Assembly: GCA_051881875.1 (NCBI GenBank)
Contig: JBJEQS010000128.1
Location: 1-47,670 of the forward strand
Source of the DNA: Oscillospiraceae bacterium
GTDB taxonomy: Bacteria; Bacillota; Clostridia; Oscillospirales; Ruminococcaceae
Reading direction: 5' to 3'
DNA: 47,670 nt
The notes under the pieces were generated by a model. The model ran no database searches. It had not been told where the DNA came from and saw nothing but the letters and a program-made list of their open reading frames with translations. This document shows positions 9,278 through 18,382 of the stretch, piece by piece. Position numbers and translations under genes: made by a program. Position 1 is the first letter of the stretch, and each line of letters starts with the position of its first letter.

Positions 9278-9823
9278 ATGGCAGCAGTAAACGGTGTAAG
9301 TTCCGAAAGAAATTATGAAAGCCTTATCAACAGTGCAGGCAAGGAAAAAGTTCAGAGTCCTTTCGGCGATGCTGTATTTTCAGACAGCAAAGATAATGAC
9401 TCTCTCTCAGTAAGCGATTTCTTTGACCTTATGATTGCTCAGCTTACAAATCAGGATTTTATGAATCCTGTAGATGATACCCAGTATCTTGCACAGCTTG
9501 CTCAGTTTTCATCATTGCAGGCTATGAATGAACTCGCACAGTATTCAAAAACCAATTATGCCACTTCACTTATAGGCAAGGAAGTAACTATTGCAACTAC
9601 AAGTGAAGATGAAGAATCAGGAATTATCACAGGCGTTGTTGACAGAGTATCAGTAAGAAACAATAACTATTATGTTCAGGTCAACGGCAAGGATTATTCT
9701 CTCAGCCAGATAAACAGTTTCGGCAATGTTTCAGAAATTCAGAATGAGGAAACTACAGAAGAAAATGCTTCTGAAATAAGTGAATATTATGCCGGAAATG
9801 ACGAAGTACAGATTTGGCTCTGA
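9278..9823 (+). CDS. flgD: Hook assembly/capping protein FlgD
   Basis: Contains DFFDLMIAQLTNQDFMNPVDDTQYLAQLAQFSSLQAMNEL, the hallmark FlgD N-terminal motif. Confidence 0.92.
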   Translation: MAAVNGVSSERNYESLINSAGKEKVQSPFGDAVFSDSKDNDSLSVSDFFDLMIAQLTNQDFMNPVDDTQYLAQLAQFSSLQAMNELAQYSKTNYATSLIGKEVTIATTSEDEESGIITGVVDRVSVRNNNYYVQVNGKDYSLSQINSFGNVSEIQNEETTEENASEISEYYAGNDEVQIWL

Positions 9824-9844
9824 TTTTTAAGGAGGGGTATAAGC

Positions 9845-10237
9845 ATGGATGATTTGACTTTAAAAAGAATATCATCACCTATAACCACCGGTATTGCTTC
9901 ATCCTATTCTATAAATGTTGCAGGGAAGTCGTCTAAGGAGAGTGCTTTTGAAAAAGTTCTTCAGTCACAGCTTTCGGGTGCTGACAGCGTAAAATTTTCA
10001 AAGCACGCTATGAACAGAGTTATCGAAAGGAATATTGATATATCGGGAGATTATCTCTCAAGACTAAACGAAGGGGTAAAGCTTGCTGACGAAAAGGGAC
10101 TTGATGATACGCTTATAATCGTGGATTCATCTGCCTTTATAGTAAGCGTAAAGAATAATACAGTAATTACTACTGTTGGAGGCGAAGAACTCCAGAACAA
10201 TGTTTTTACCAATATTGACGGAACTGTTATAATATAA
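9845..10237 (+). CDS. Small flagellar-operon protein of unknown function (family typically found between flgD and flgE in Firmicutes, TIGR02530-like)
   Basis: 130 aa with its own RBS (AAGGAGG). Contains a KFSKHAMNRVIERNI motif, and its position matches the conserved flgD-X-flgE arrangement. The family assignment is from memory and was not searched. Confidence 0.55.
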   Translation: MDDLTLKRISSPITTGIASSYSINVAGKSSKESAFEKVLQSQLSGADSVKFSKHAMNRVIERNIDISGDYLSRLNEGVKLADEKGLDDTLIIVDSSAFIVSVKNNTVITTVGGEELQNNVFTNIDGTVII

Positions 10238-10319
10238 GCCGGACCTTTACGGAAGCTTTTCTGAATTCCGAATGACAGAGGAATTCAGCAGTTCTACTGA
10301 TGAAAGGAGTTTATTTTTT

Positions 10320-11918
10320 ATGGTAAGATCACTTTATTCAGGTGTGTCAGGTATGATGGCACAGCAGACAAAAATGGATGTAATAGGCAATAATATCTCT
10401 AACGTTGGTACATACGGCTATAAATCAAGCCGTGCTACTTTCAAGGACGTTTACTATCAGACAAAGACCAATGCTACAGCAGGTTCTGCAAATTCAGGCG
10501 GTACAAATGCTACACAGATTGGTTATGGTGCAAAGCTTGCAAGCGTTGATGTGAATACCAGTCAGTCAATTATGACTTCAACAGGCTATACACTGGACTG
10601 TGCCATTACCGGTGAAGGCTATTTTCAGGTAATGGATAATGACGGAAACGTATTCTATACAAAAGCAGGTATGTTTGATATTGATGCAAACGGAAACCTT
10701 GTTGATATTAATGGTAACTTTGTACTTGGTTCAAAAGGCTATCCAAACAACAGCCTTACAGGTGCAAACCCCAGCTCTGATAAAATTTCAATTTCCCTTC
10801 CTTATGAGGATTCATCTTTTTCAAGTGCAGAAAACACTATAAACGGTGTGAATATCACAATCAGGTCATCTGTTGAGAATACAGCAGGCAATATCAGCAT
10901 GAGTTTTACTTCAACAAACGCCCTCCCTGTCGGTCAGAAAGTAAGTGCTACTGTTACAAGTACTGCAATCGTTATTAAACTTAATGCGAACGAAACTTTC
11001 TCAAGCCTTAGTGAACTGGAAGCTGCTGTAAATGATGCAATAACAAATGCCAACGGCGGTCAGCCTCATGAAGCAGGTGATTTTAAAATAATTATGGACG
11101 ATGAGTCAGCATTCGCAGGCGGCAGCCTTACAGGTGCTGAAATCGTAGGTTCAAACTTTGGTGTTAATTCAGGTAAGGTAACACTTCCTGCACCATTTTC
11201 AAATTTCTGTTCAGTAAAGTCAATCGGCGATGGATTTACAGGAAATACTGTAAATGCTGATATGGATTTTACTCTCGATTCAGACAATAACCTTACAATT
11301 ACAATCGGTGACTATGTAGGTACTGTTTCAGCAAAACAGCTTGAAGCTACAGGTACAGTTATGATGAAGCGAAACGGAAGCGAAACAGACAGCTTTACTA
11401 TGACATATCCAAGCTATTCTGCAATAAAGAATAATGGTCTTGATTCACTTACAACCACACCTTCTGCTATTCTTGAACCAACCAGAAAATCAAACGATTT
11501 AGGTCTTGGTTCAACAATATTTACTCTTTCAGGCGGTACTTCAGGCGGTGAACAGACTGTTGCGAACCTTACCGGTATTTCAATTGGTGTAAATGGTGTA
11601 ATCACAGGTATTCACCCTGTACTCGGCGTTATTGAACTGGGAAGAATTGACCTCGCAACATTCCAGAACCCTGCCGGTCTTACTCAGGAGGGAGATACAT
11701 ACTTTGCTGTATCACCTAACTCAGGTGAGCCTATTCTCGCAGTTCCCGGCGAAAACGGTACAGGTGCTATTTCAGCCGGTACTCTTGAAGCTTCAAACGT
11801 TGACCTTTCTCAGGAATTCTCTGATATGATTATTACTCAGCGTGCTTATCAGGCTTGTTCAAGAATTATTACAGTTACTGACACAATGCTTGAGGAACTT
11901 ATCAATCTCAAGAGATAA
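10320..11918 (+). CDS. flgE: Flagellar hook protein FlgE
   Basis: The ATG at 10320 follows AAAGGAG. N-terminal MVRSLYSGVSGMMAQQTKMDVIGNNISNVGTYGYK and C-terminal LEASNVDLSQEFSDMIITQRAYQACSRIIT. There is a large central insert. Confidence 0.93.
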   Translation: MVRSLYSGVSGMMAQQTKMDVIGNNISNVGTYGYKSSRATFKDVYYQTKTNATAGSANSGGTNATQIGYGAKLASVDVNTSQSIMTSTGYTLDCAITGEGYFQVMDNDGNVFYTKAGMFDIDANGNLVDINGNFVLGSKGYPNNSLTGANPSSDKISISLPYEDSSFSSAENTINGVNITIRSSVENTAGNISMSFTSTNALPVGQKVSATVTSTAIVIKLNANETFSSLSELEAAVNDAITNANGGQPHEAGDFKIIMDDESAFAGGSLTGAEIVGSNFGVNSGKVTLPAPFSNFCSVKSIGDGFTGNTVNADMDFTLDSDNNLTITIGDYVGTVSAKQLEATGTVMMKRNGSETDSFTMTYPSYSAIKNNGLDSLTTTPSAILEPTRKSNDLGLGSTIFTLSGGTSGGEQTVANLTGISIGVNGVITGIHPVLGVIELGRIDLATFQNPAGLTQEGDTYFAVSPNSGEPILAVPGENGTGAISAGTLEASNVDLSQEFSDMIITQRAYQACSRIITVTDTMLEELINLKR

Positions 11919-11946
11919 TCTGACTTTCAAGGTTTTATCATAATAC

Positions 11947-11980
11947 AGACAGGAAGTTCTTTTTTCTGAATTTCCTGTCT
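11947..11980 (+). terminator. Strong hairpin after flgE (partial terminator or mRNA-stabilising element)
   Basis: A 13-bp stem, AGACAGGAAGTTC (11947-11959) with GAATTTCCTGTCT (11968-11980), and an 8-nt loop. It is followed only by TTGAT, so the U-tract is weak. Confidence 0.45.
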
Positions 11981-12001
11981 TTGATAATAAAAGGAGTATT
12001 T

Positions 12002-12211
12002 ATGATAGTATTAAGCCGCCTGAACGGCGAACAATTTGCTCTCAACTGTGACCTTATTGAAACCATGCAGACTAATCATGATACAGTGATAAGATTATCA
12101 AATGGCAATTCATATATTGTATCAGAAACAGTTGATGAAATAATCGAAAAGATAAAGGAATATCGGAAAAGCGTTTTCAGCGTTATTGTAAACAGTGCGT
12201 TTGAAAAGTAA
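12002..12211 (+). CDS. flbD: Flagellar protein FlbD
   Basis: The ATG at 12002 follows AAAGGAG. MIVLSRLNGEQFALNCDLIETMQ...IVSETVDEIIEKIKEYRK is the typical FlbD sequence, and the gene precedes motA. Confidence 0.88.
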   Translation: MIVLSRLNGEQFALNCDLIETMQTNHDTVIRLSNGNSYIVSETVDEIIEKIKEYRKSVFSVIVNSAFEK

Positions 12212-12237
12212 ATTTATGATTTAAGGCGGATTTTTAT

Positions 12238-13065
12238 ATGGATATATTAACTTTATTAGGCTGGATTTTTGGTATAGCATTTATACTTATCAGTATATTT
12301 CTCGGCGAAGACCCTGCTACGGGAAATACAACGCTTATTTTTTCGCAGATTAAAGGCTTCATTGACCCTGCTTCAATTATGATTGTTCTCGGCGGTACTA
12401 CAGCTGCTCTTATGGTATCTTCTTCAATTGATACAATAAAGAAAATTCCAAAGCATCTGAAAATAGTTTTTTTCCCGACTAAATACAATCCTGTAGAATA
12501 TATAGACCAGATTACTGAATTTGCAAGGGAAGCACGAAGCAATGGTCTTCTTGCACTTGAAGACAAACTCAATGAAACAAAAGAACCATTTATGAAAAGT
12601 TCACTTCTTTTGGTTGTTGACTCAATAGACCCTGAAAAATTAAGTTATCTGCTCGATTCACAGCTGGAAAATCTTGATGACAGACATTCAAAGGATATAG
12701 CGTTCTATCAGAGGGCAGCAGGTTTTGCACCGGCATTTGGTATGATAGGTACTCTTATCGGTCTTATTAATTTGCTCGCAAACCTCAGCGACCAGGAGTC
12801 ACTTCCAAAAAACATGGCTGTAGCCCTTGTTACTACATTCTATGGTACAATTCTTGCAAACCTTATTTTTAATCCTATCGCAAACAAATTGAGATTAAGA
12901 CATGAGGAAGAATATCTTTGCAAATTAATTATAGCAGAAGGTGTAAAGTCCATTCAGGACGGAGATAACCCTACTTTCATACAGGAAAAGCTTACCAAGC
13001 TTCTTAATGAAAAGATGGCTGATAAAGTCGGCAAATCCGGCGGCAGTGCAGCTGCCTCAAAATAA
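12238..13065 (+). CDS. motA: Stator protein MotA
   Basis: 275 aa, four transmembrane segments, and the MotA/TolQ/ExbB channel motif (ALVTTFYGTILANLIFNPIANKL). Confidence 0.92.
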   Translation: MDILTLLGWIFGIAFILISIFLGEDPATGNTTLIFSQIKGFIDPASIMIVLGGTTAALMVSSSIDTIKKIPKHLKIVFFPTKYNPVEYIDQITEFAREARSNGLLALEDKLNETKEPFMKSSLLLVVDSIDPEKLSYLLDSQLENLDDRHSKDIAFYQRAAGFAPAFGMIGTLIGLINLLANLSDQESLPKNMAVALVTTFYGTILANLIFNPIANKLRLRHEEEYLCKLIIAEGVKSIQDGDNPTFIQEKLTKLLNEKMADKVGKSGGSAAASK

Positions 13066-13096
13066 CAGAACTATTTCAGAAAGAGGGTGACGATTC

Positions 13097-13969
13097 ATGG
13101 CTAAAAAAAAGGTTGAAGAAAGCGGCGGAAGCTGGATGGACACCTATGGTGACCTTGTAACATTGCTGCTTACATTTTTTGTTCTGCTTTACAGTATGTC
13201 ATCAATAGCTGAAGATAAATGGGCTAAACTTGTAAAGGCTTTTAATTCAAAGGGAAATACCGTTGTTGAACAGATTGTTTTTACATATGATGCAACTGAT
13301 GGCGAAGATGCACTTAACAATACCGGTGAAGGCATGGGTGAGGATGATTCTGCTGTCAATCAGGATGAAGTTACCATTGACTTCAATGAGCTTTATTCAT
13401 ATCTCAGGGACTACATTGCCGCAAGCGGTATGGAAGAAAATATTGTAATAGAACAGAGTGAGGAAGTCAATGCCGGCGAACAGCAGGAACCCGGCAGCCA
13501 GAATATTTATATACAATTTAAGAACAATGTTCTTTTTGAACCGGACAAATCCGCTCTCAGACCTGAAAGTACCGATATGATGAACTTCATCGGAGATTGT
13601 CTTAAAAGTCTTGAATCCCAGATTGCTCTTGTAATAATCAAAGGACATACTGCAACAGGTTCAGTCGATTCCTATGTTGATTCAAGAATTCTTTCTTCTG
13701 AAAGAGCAAGTACTATTTCAAATTATTTTGAAGATAATTTTGGATTGCCGTCCACAATGCTGATACCTATGGGGCTTGCAGGAGATTATCCTATTGCTAC
13801 AAATGATACCGATGAAGGCCGTGCTATGAACAGACGTGTTGAAATGGTAATCATAGGCAAGGACAGCAGTTTCGCTCAGAGCGGTGAGCTTCTTAGAATT
13901 CTCGGTGCTTCATTTACTGTTGATTCAGGTGATGTAAATGATGTTGTAGTTGCTGATGAAGTTAATTAA
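13097..13969 (+). CDS. motB: Stator protein MotB (OmpA-like peptidoglycan-binding C-terminus)
   Basis: N-terminal SWMDTYGDLVTLLLTFFVLLYSMSS carries the conserved Asp. The C-terminus has the OmpA-like NRRVEMVI. An acidic linker insert is present. Confidence 0.9.
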   Translation: MAKKKVEESGGSWMDTYGDLVTLLLTFFVLLYSMSSIAEDKWAKLVKAFNSKGNTVVEQIVFTYDATDGEDALNNTGEGMGEDDSAVNQDEVTIDFNELYSYLRDYIAASGMEENIVIEQSEEVNAGEQQEPGSQNIYIQFKNNVLFEPDKSALRPESTDMMNFIGDCLKSLESQIALVIIKGHTATGSVDSYVDSRILSSERASTISNYFEDNFGLPSTMLIPMGLAGDYPIATNDTDEGRAMNRRVEMVIIGKDSSFAQSGELLRILGASFTVDSGDVNDVVVADEVN

Positions 13970-13992
13970 CTGTTTTTTATAGGAGGGATATA

Positions 13993-14952
13993 ATGCAGAC
14001 GGCAGCGGCTGAAAAGCAGTCTGATAATTATAAGGAATATTACAGCAATGTCAAGAAGTATGATTTCCGAAAACCTAAAAAATTTACAAAAGAACATCAG
14101 AGAGATTTAAATACTCTCAATGAAAACATAATAAGAATACTTGCTTCAAATCTTTCAGGTATGCTGAGAGTTTTTTGCGAGGCGAGTGTTTCAAGGGTTG
14201 TCGAAAAGAAATACAGCGATTTTATATCCACTCTGCCATCAAAAACTCTTATGGGTATCATTGGAATGGCTAAAAACGGAATTGAGGAGGACCAGGCAAC
14301 ACTGCTTCTGCACGTTCCGTCATCAATCAATTTTTTTATGATTGATATACTTCTCGGCGGTTCGGGTGAAGGGTACTATTTCGACAGAGCATATACCGAA
14401 ATAGAAACAGAAATACTCAAAAACTTCTATGGCAAAATTACAGGATATATTCAGGATGCATGGTCAATGCTTATTGATGTCAGACTGAAAAATAATTCAT
14501 TTGAAACAAATCCTCGTCTTGTACAGGTATTTTCTCCTGATGATTCGGTAGTTGTGGTTGATTATGAAGTAAAACTTGGAGATGTGAATGTCAGTACAAT
14601 AAGTTTATGTATACCGGCAATATGTCTTGATGAATTCCTTGTGCCTGCAAATGCAAATGGTTCTTATAATTTCTCAAAACATTATGACGCTAAACAAAGA
14701 ACAGAAACTATACTTGCTGCACTTGGTGAAACAAATATGGAACTCAAAGCCGTACTTGGTTCAGTTCAGCTTGATATGCATGATATTGTAAATCTTTCTG
14801 AAGGTGATGTAATACCTCTGGGAGTGAAAACCACAGACAATATCGTCGTTGAAGTTGATGAAGTTCCATGGTTTTTTGCAAAGCTTGGCGAATTTAAAAT
14901 CAAAAAAGCTGTCAAGATATGTGCAAATATAAAGACTTCCAATAAAAACTGA
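13993..14952 (+). CDS. fliM: Motor switch protein FliM (lacks the N-terminal CheY-P docking peptide)
   Basis: YDFRKPKKFTKEHQRDLNTLNENIIRILASNLSGMLR and the rest of the protein are FliM-like. The RBS is AGGAGGG. Only 23 nt separate it from the motB stop, so no N-terminal extension is possible. Confidence 0.9.
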   Translation: MQTAAAEKQSDNYKEYYSNVKKYDFRKPKKFTKEHQRDLNTLNENIIRILASNLSGMLRVFCEASVSRVVEKKYSDFISTLPSKTLMGIIGMAKNGIEEDQATLLLHVPSSINFFMIDILLGGSGEGYYFDRAYTEIETEILKNFYGKITGYIQDAWSMLIDVRLKNNSFETNPRLVQVFSPDDSVVVVDYEVKLGDVNVSTISLCIPAICLDEFLVPANANGSYNFSKHYDAKQRTETILAALGETNMELKAVLGSVQLDMHDIVNLSEGDVIPLGVKTTDNIVVEVDEVPWFFAKLGEFKIKKAVKICANIKTSNKN

Positions 14953-14988
14953 TAAAAATAAATCTGCCGAAGGGGGAAAAATCAAATA

Positions 14989-16029
14989 ATGGGCGGTATT
15001 AATAATTTCAGCGATTCTCAGATAGAATCAATGATTGAAGTAATAAATATTGGACTGAATCTTTCAGCCGGAACTCTTACTTCAATATTAAGCAAGGATT
15101 TTATATTTTCAGGCGGAACAGGCTGTGTTTCAGAACTTAATGCAGTTGATGGTTCAGCTTTTCAGCCGGCAATTGCTATGCTTATTGAAAATTCAGGAAT
15201 TCTCAGCGGAAAGTGCATTGTACTCATAAAATATACTGATGTTCAGAATATCATCAGTATATTTATGAACGGCGATGTCGTACCTGATGATAATTTTGAA
15301 CTTGATGAACTTACATTCAGCACTGTCAAGGAAATAATGAATCAGGCAGTAAATGCCTGTGCAGCACAGTTAAGTGAATTCCTTGGCGGCGATGTTGCAA
15401 TGACTCTTATTGATGCTGTTATGTTTGAATCGAATGATTTGTTTGCTTCTGAATTAAGCGGAAATTCTTCAGCACTTGTGCTTGATTATGGCTTTACTGT
15501 TTCAGATTCTTTAAACAGCAATATTATGTGCGTTATTCCTGAAAATCTCACAGTTCAGATTAATGACAGAGTAAATGCTCCGATGCCAGAGCCTGAATTG
15601 GATGATAACAAGGCATATGACGAAGATGTATCAGACGGATACACCGGCACATCTTCATACAGCAGCAGAAAAACTCATAAGTCAACTGAAAATCAGGTTA
15701 ATATTCAGAATGGTCAGTTCCCTGATTTTTCAAAGCAGACTTCATCAGCTGCAAAATCACTTAACGGCAATATGGATATTCTTATGGACGTTCCGCTCAA
15801 TGTGAGCATTGAAATCGGAAAAACCAAAAAGAAAATGAAGGAAATTCTTGAATTTGGTCAGGGTACTATAATCGCCCTTGACAAACAGGCAGGTGCTCCT
15901 GTCGATGTAGTTGTAAACGGTCAGCTTATCGCAAGGGGTGATGTTGTTGTTATTGATGATAACTTCGGTGTAAGAATAACAGAAGTAATAGGAAATGCAC
16001 CTCTTTTGCATGATGAACAGGGAGGCTGA
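14989..16029 (+). CDS. fliY: Motor switch protein FliY (CheC-like N-terminal region fused to a FliN domain)
   Basis: The C-terminal LMDVPLNVSIEIGKTKKKMKEILEFGQGTIIALDKQAGAPVDVVVNGQLIARGDVVVIDDNFGVRITEVI is a FliN/SpoA domain. The N-terminus has CheC-like repeats (ESMIEVINIG, STVKEIMNQA). Confidence 0.88.
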   Translation: MGGINNFSDSQIESMIEVINIGLNLSAGTLTSILSKDFIFSGGTGCVSELNAVDGSAFQPAIAMLIENSGILSGKCIVLIKYTDVQNIISIFMNGDVVPDDNFELDELTFSTVKEIMNQAVNACAAQLSEFLGGDVAMTLIDAVMFESNDLFASELSGNSSALVLDYGFTVSDSLNSNIMCVIPENLTVQINDRVNAPMPEPELDDNKAYDEDVSDGYTGTSSYSSRKTHKSTENQVNIQNGQFPDFSKQTSSAAKSLNGNMDILMDVPLNVSIEIGKTKKKMKEILEFGQGTIIALDKQAGAPVDVVVNGQLIARGDVVVIDDNFGVRITEVIGNAPLLHDEQGG

Positions 16030-16032
16030 TGA

Positions 16033-16443
16033 GTGGATATGACAGATACTTCAGTTGCCGGACAGGTTCTCAGTGCTGTAATGGCACTCCTCGGATTCGG
16101 CGTAGTTATCGTACTGGCATACATATCAACAAAGTATCTCGGCAGTAAATATTCACTTAAAAGCGGTAAATCCGAAAATATAAAAATTATAGAAAAAATG
16201 CCTGTAGCTCAGGATAAATTCCTCATGATAATCCGGTCGGCAGGGAAAACTATGCTTATTGGAGTAACATCACAGCATATCGAACTGATTACCGAACTCG
16301 ATAACGATATGATTGTTGAAAGTACGGCTAACCAGAGTGTAAATCAGGATTTTTATTCTCTGCTTAAAAATACTGTTGCAGGCATGAAAACAAACAGAAA
16401 AAAAGATGCCGGTGAGGAGAAAACAGATGAAAAACATGATTAA
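16033..16443 (+). CDS. fliO: Flagellar biosynthesis protein FliO (FliZ of Bacillus nomenclature)
   Basis: GTG start 7 nt after GGAGG. It has a single N-terminal transmembrane segment (VLSAVMALLGFGVVIVLAYI) and a position immediately upstream of, and overlapping, fliP. Confidence 0.75.
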   Translation: MDMTDTSVAGQVLSAVMALLGFGVVIVLAYISTKYLGSKYSLKSGKSENIKIIEKMPVAQDKFLMIIRSAGKTMLIGVTSQHIELITELDNDMIVESTANQSVNQDFYSLLKNTVAGMKTNRKKDAGEEKTDEKHD

Positions 16444-17278
16444 GTCAAATGCAATTATTCTGAAAAATGCAGTCTGTTTCATAGCTGCACTTATTATTAT
16501 GTGTTTTGCACTGAATTGTCCTCATACATATGCCGCAGGACTTGCCGATAATGAGGAATATCCTGATTTATACGGCGATAACGGCAGCAGCATTACAATA
16601 GATTTGGGTTCAGGAGAGGCAGAAGATTCATCAAGTGCATTGGATTTGCTGTTTCTGCTTGCACTTATTGCCCTGATACCTACAGTACTGATTATGGCTA
16701 CTAGCTTTACGAGAATAATAATATCATTCTCGTTTTTAAGAAATGCTCTGGGAACGCAGACTTCTCCTCCTAATCAGGTGCTTACGGGACTTGCACTTTT
16801 TCTTACGCTTTTTATCATGATGCCGGTAATAAATGAGATAAATGAAAATGCATACAAACCATATGTTGCCGGTTCTATAACTCAGGAGGAGGCTTTGAAT
16901 GAAGGAGTAAAGCCTCTTAAAGTGTTTATGCTGAAACAGGTTTATAAAGATGACCTGAATATGTTTATGGAAATTGCAGATTCAAAAGGAGCTATAAACA
17001 TTGAGGAATATAATTCTCAGGATAAGCTTTCTGATTTAAGTCTGCTTGTAATAATGCCTTCATTTATACTAAGTGAGGTAAAGAGAGGCTTCCTTATCGG
17101 ATTTCTGCTTTACATACCTTTTCTTATAATAGATTTGGTTGTATCAAGTACGCTTATGTCAATGGGTATGATGATGCTTCCTCCATCAATGATTTCACTG
17201 CCTTTCAAGCTTATGCTGTTTATATTGGCAGATGGCTGGAATCTGCTGATACAATCGCTTATTGCAGGCTTTAACTGA
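16427..17278 (+). CDS. fliP: Flagellar export gate protein FliP
   Basis: The ATG at 16427 is 6 nt after GAGGAG. It has a signal-peptide-like N-terminus and conserved FliP core motifs (FTRIIISFSFLRNALGTQTSPPNQVL...). Confidence 0.93.
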   Translation: MKNMIKSNAIILKNAVCFIAALIIMCFALNCPHTYAAGLADNEEYPDLYGDNGSSITIDLGSGEAEDSSSALDLLFLLALIALIPTVLIMATSFTRIIISFSFLRNALGTQTSPPNQVLTGLALFLTLFIMMPVINEINENAYKPYVAGSITQEEALNEGVKPLKVFMLKQVYKDDLNMFMEIADSKGAINIEEYNSQDKLSDLSLLVIMPSFILSEVKRGFLIGFLLYIPFLIIDLVVSSTLMSMGMMMLPPSMISLPFKLMLFILADGWNLLIQSLIAGFN

Positions 17279-17304
17279 TAATTTGCTGAGAAAGGTGTGA
17301 TTTT

Positions 17305-17568
17305 ATGGATTCAGGACAGGTTCTGATGATATTTCAGTATGCATTGATTATTGCATTTAAAATTGCAGGTCCTTTTCTGATAGTAAGTATTCTGGTGGGA
17401 CTTATAATAGCTATATTTCAGGCTGCGACTCAGGTTCATGAGCAGACTCTTACTTTTGTTCCGAAAGTTCTGGTCATATCCCTCATGCTTCTGTTTTTAG
17501 GTTCATGGATGATTAAGCTGATGACCGAATTTTTTGAGCTTATATTCTCAAAAATAGCAGTTATATGA
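17305..17568 (+). CDS. fliQ: Flagellar export gate protein FliQ
   Basis: 87 aa with two transmembrane segments (GPFLIVSILVGLIIAIFQAATQVHEQTLTFVPK). Confidence 0.93.
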   Translation: MDSGQVLMIFQYALIIAFKIAGPFLIVSILVGLIIAIFQAATQVHEQTLTFVPKVLVISLMLLFLGSWMIKLMTEFFELIFSKIAVI

Positions 17569-17578
17569 GGTAAGTAAA

Positions 17579-18358
17579 TTGGTTAATATTCTTATTGACA
17601 ATCTTTATGTATATGTGCTTGTATTTGTAAGGATTGCCGGAGTAATAAGCTTCAATCCGATTATGGCACGAAGCAATATTCCGAATATGGTAAGAGCTGC
17701 AATGATATTCTTTTCAACAATATGCATTGCACCATCGGCGATGCTGCCGGAAAACTTTACTGTCAGCACTATATCCCTTGTTGTATCAATAGGCAGAGAA
17801 CTGCTTGTAGGTTTTGTTCTGGCATATGTATTCAATGTTTTCTATTATATGCTTTTTGCTGCAAGCGATTTGCTGGATATGCAGTTCGGATTCTCAATGG
17901 CAAAGGTCATGGACCCCGGTACGAGTGTACAGACTGCAATAACAGGAAATATACTGAATATTTTTTTTATCGGGTATCTTTTTGCAACAAACACTCATCG
18001 TCTGCTGATAAGACTGATAGTGTTTTCATATGATGTACTTCCTGTTGGTGCAGCGTCAATGGTTATTGACGGACTTCCTGATTTTGCATTTGAAATATTC
18101 AAAACTGCCTTTATGCTTGCAATGCGTCTTACATTTCCTTTTGTAGCAGTTGAAATTATCATTGAACTGTTTCTTGGTGTAATGATGAAGCTTATCCCGC
18201 AGATTCATATTTTTATAATAAATATGCAGATTAAGATAATTCTGTCAATAGTTATGCTTTATCTGCTCTCAGAGCCGATAGCAGGCTTTTTCGATAATTA
18301 CATATTGCTTATGTTTGATTATATGCAGAATGCTCTGTATCTTATTGCAGGAAGTTAA
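17579..18358 (+). CDS. fliR: Flagellar export gate protein FliR
   Basis: TTG start. 259-aa polytopic membrane protein located between fliQ and flhB. Confidence 0.9.
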   Translation: MVNILIDNLYVYVLVFVRIAGVISFNPIMARSNIPNMVRAAMIFFSTICIAPSAMLPENFTVSTISLVVSIGRELLVGFVLAYVFNVFYYMLFAASDLLDMQFGFSMAKVMDPGTSVQTAITGNILNIFFIGYLFATNTHRLLIRLIVFSYDVLPVGAASMVIDGLPDFAFEIFKTAFMLAMRLTFPFVAVEIIIELFLGVMMKLIPQIHIFIINMQIKIILSIVMLYLLSEPIAGFFDNYILLMFDYMQNALYLIAGS

Positions 18359-18382
18359 ACGGTTTAAAAAGGGGGGAGAATA

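Noticed and set aside
12234-12572. 112-aa minus-strand ORF overlapping the motA start
   Set aside because: It is antisense to motA and has no SD or recognisable motif.
14989-15400. Claiming that the FliY CheC-like phosphatase sites are inactive
   Set aside because: The first motif has Glu in place of Asp/Ser, but the second (S-TVK-E-IM-N) fits D/S-x3-E-x2-N. I cannot confidently place the downstream Pro without an alignment, so activity cannot be judged from the sequence alone.
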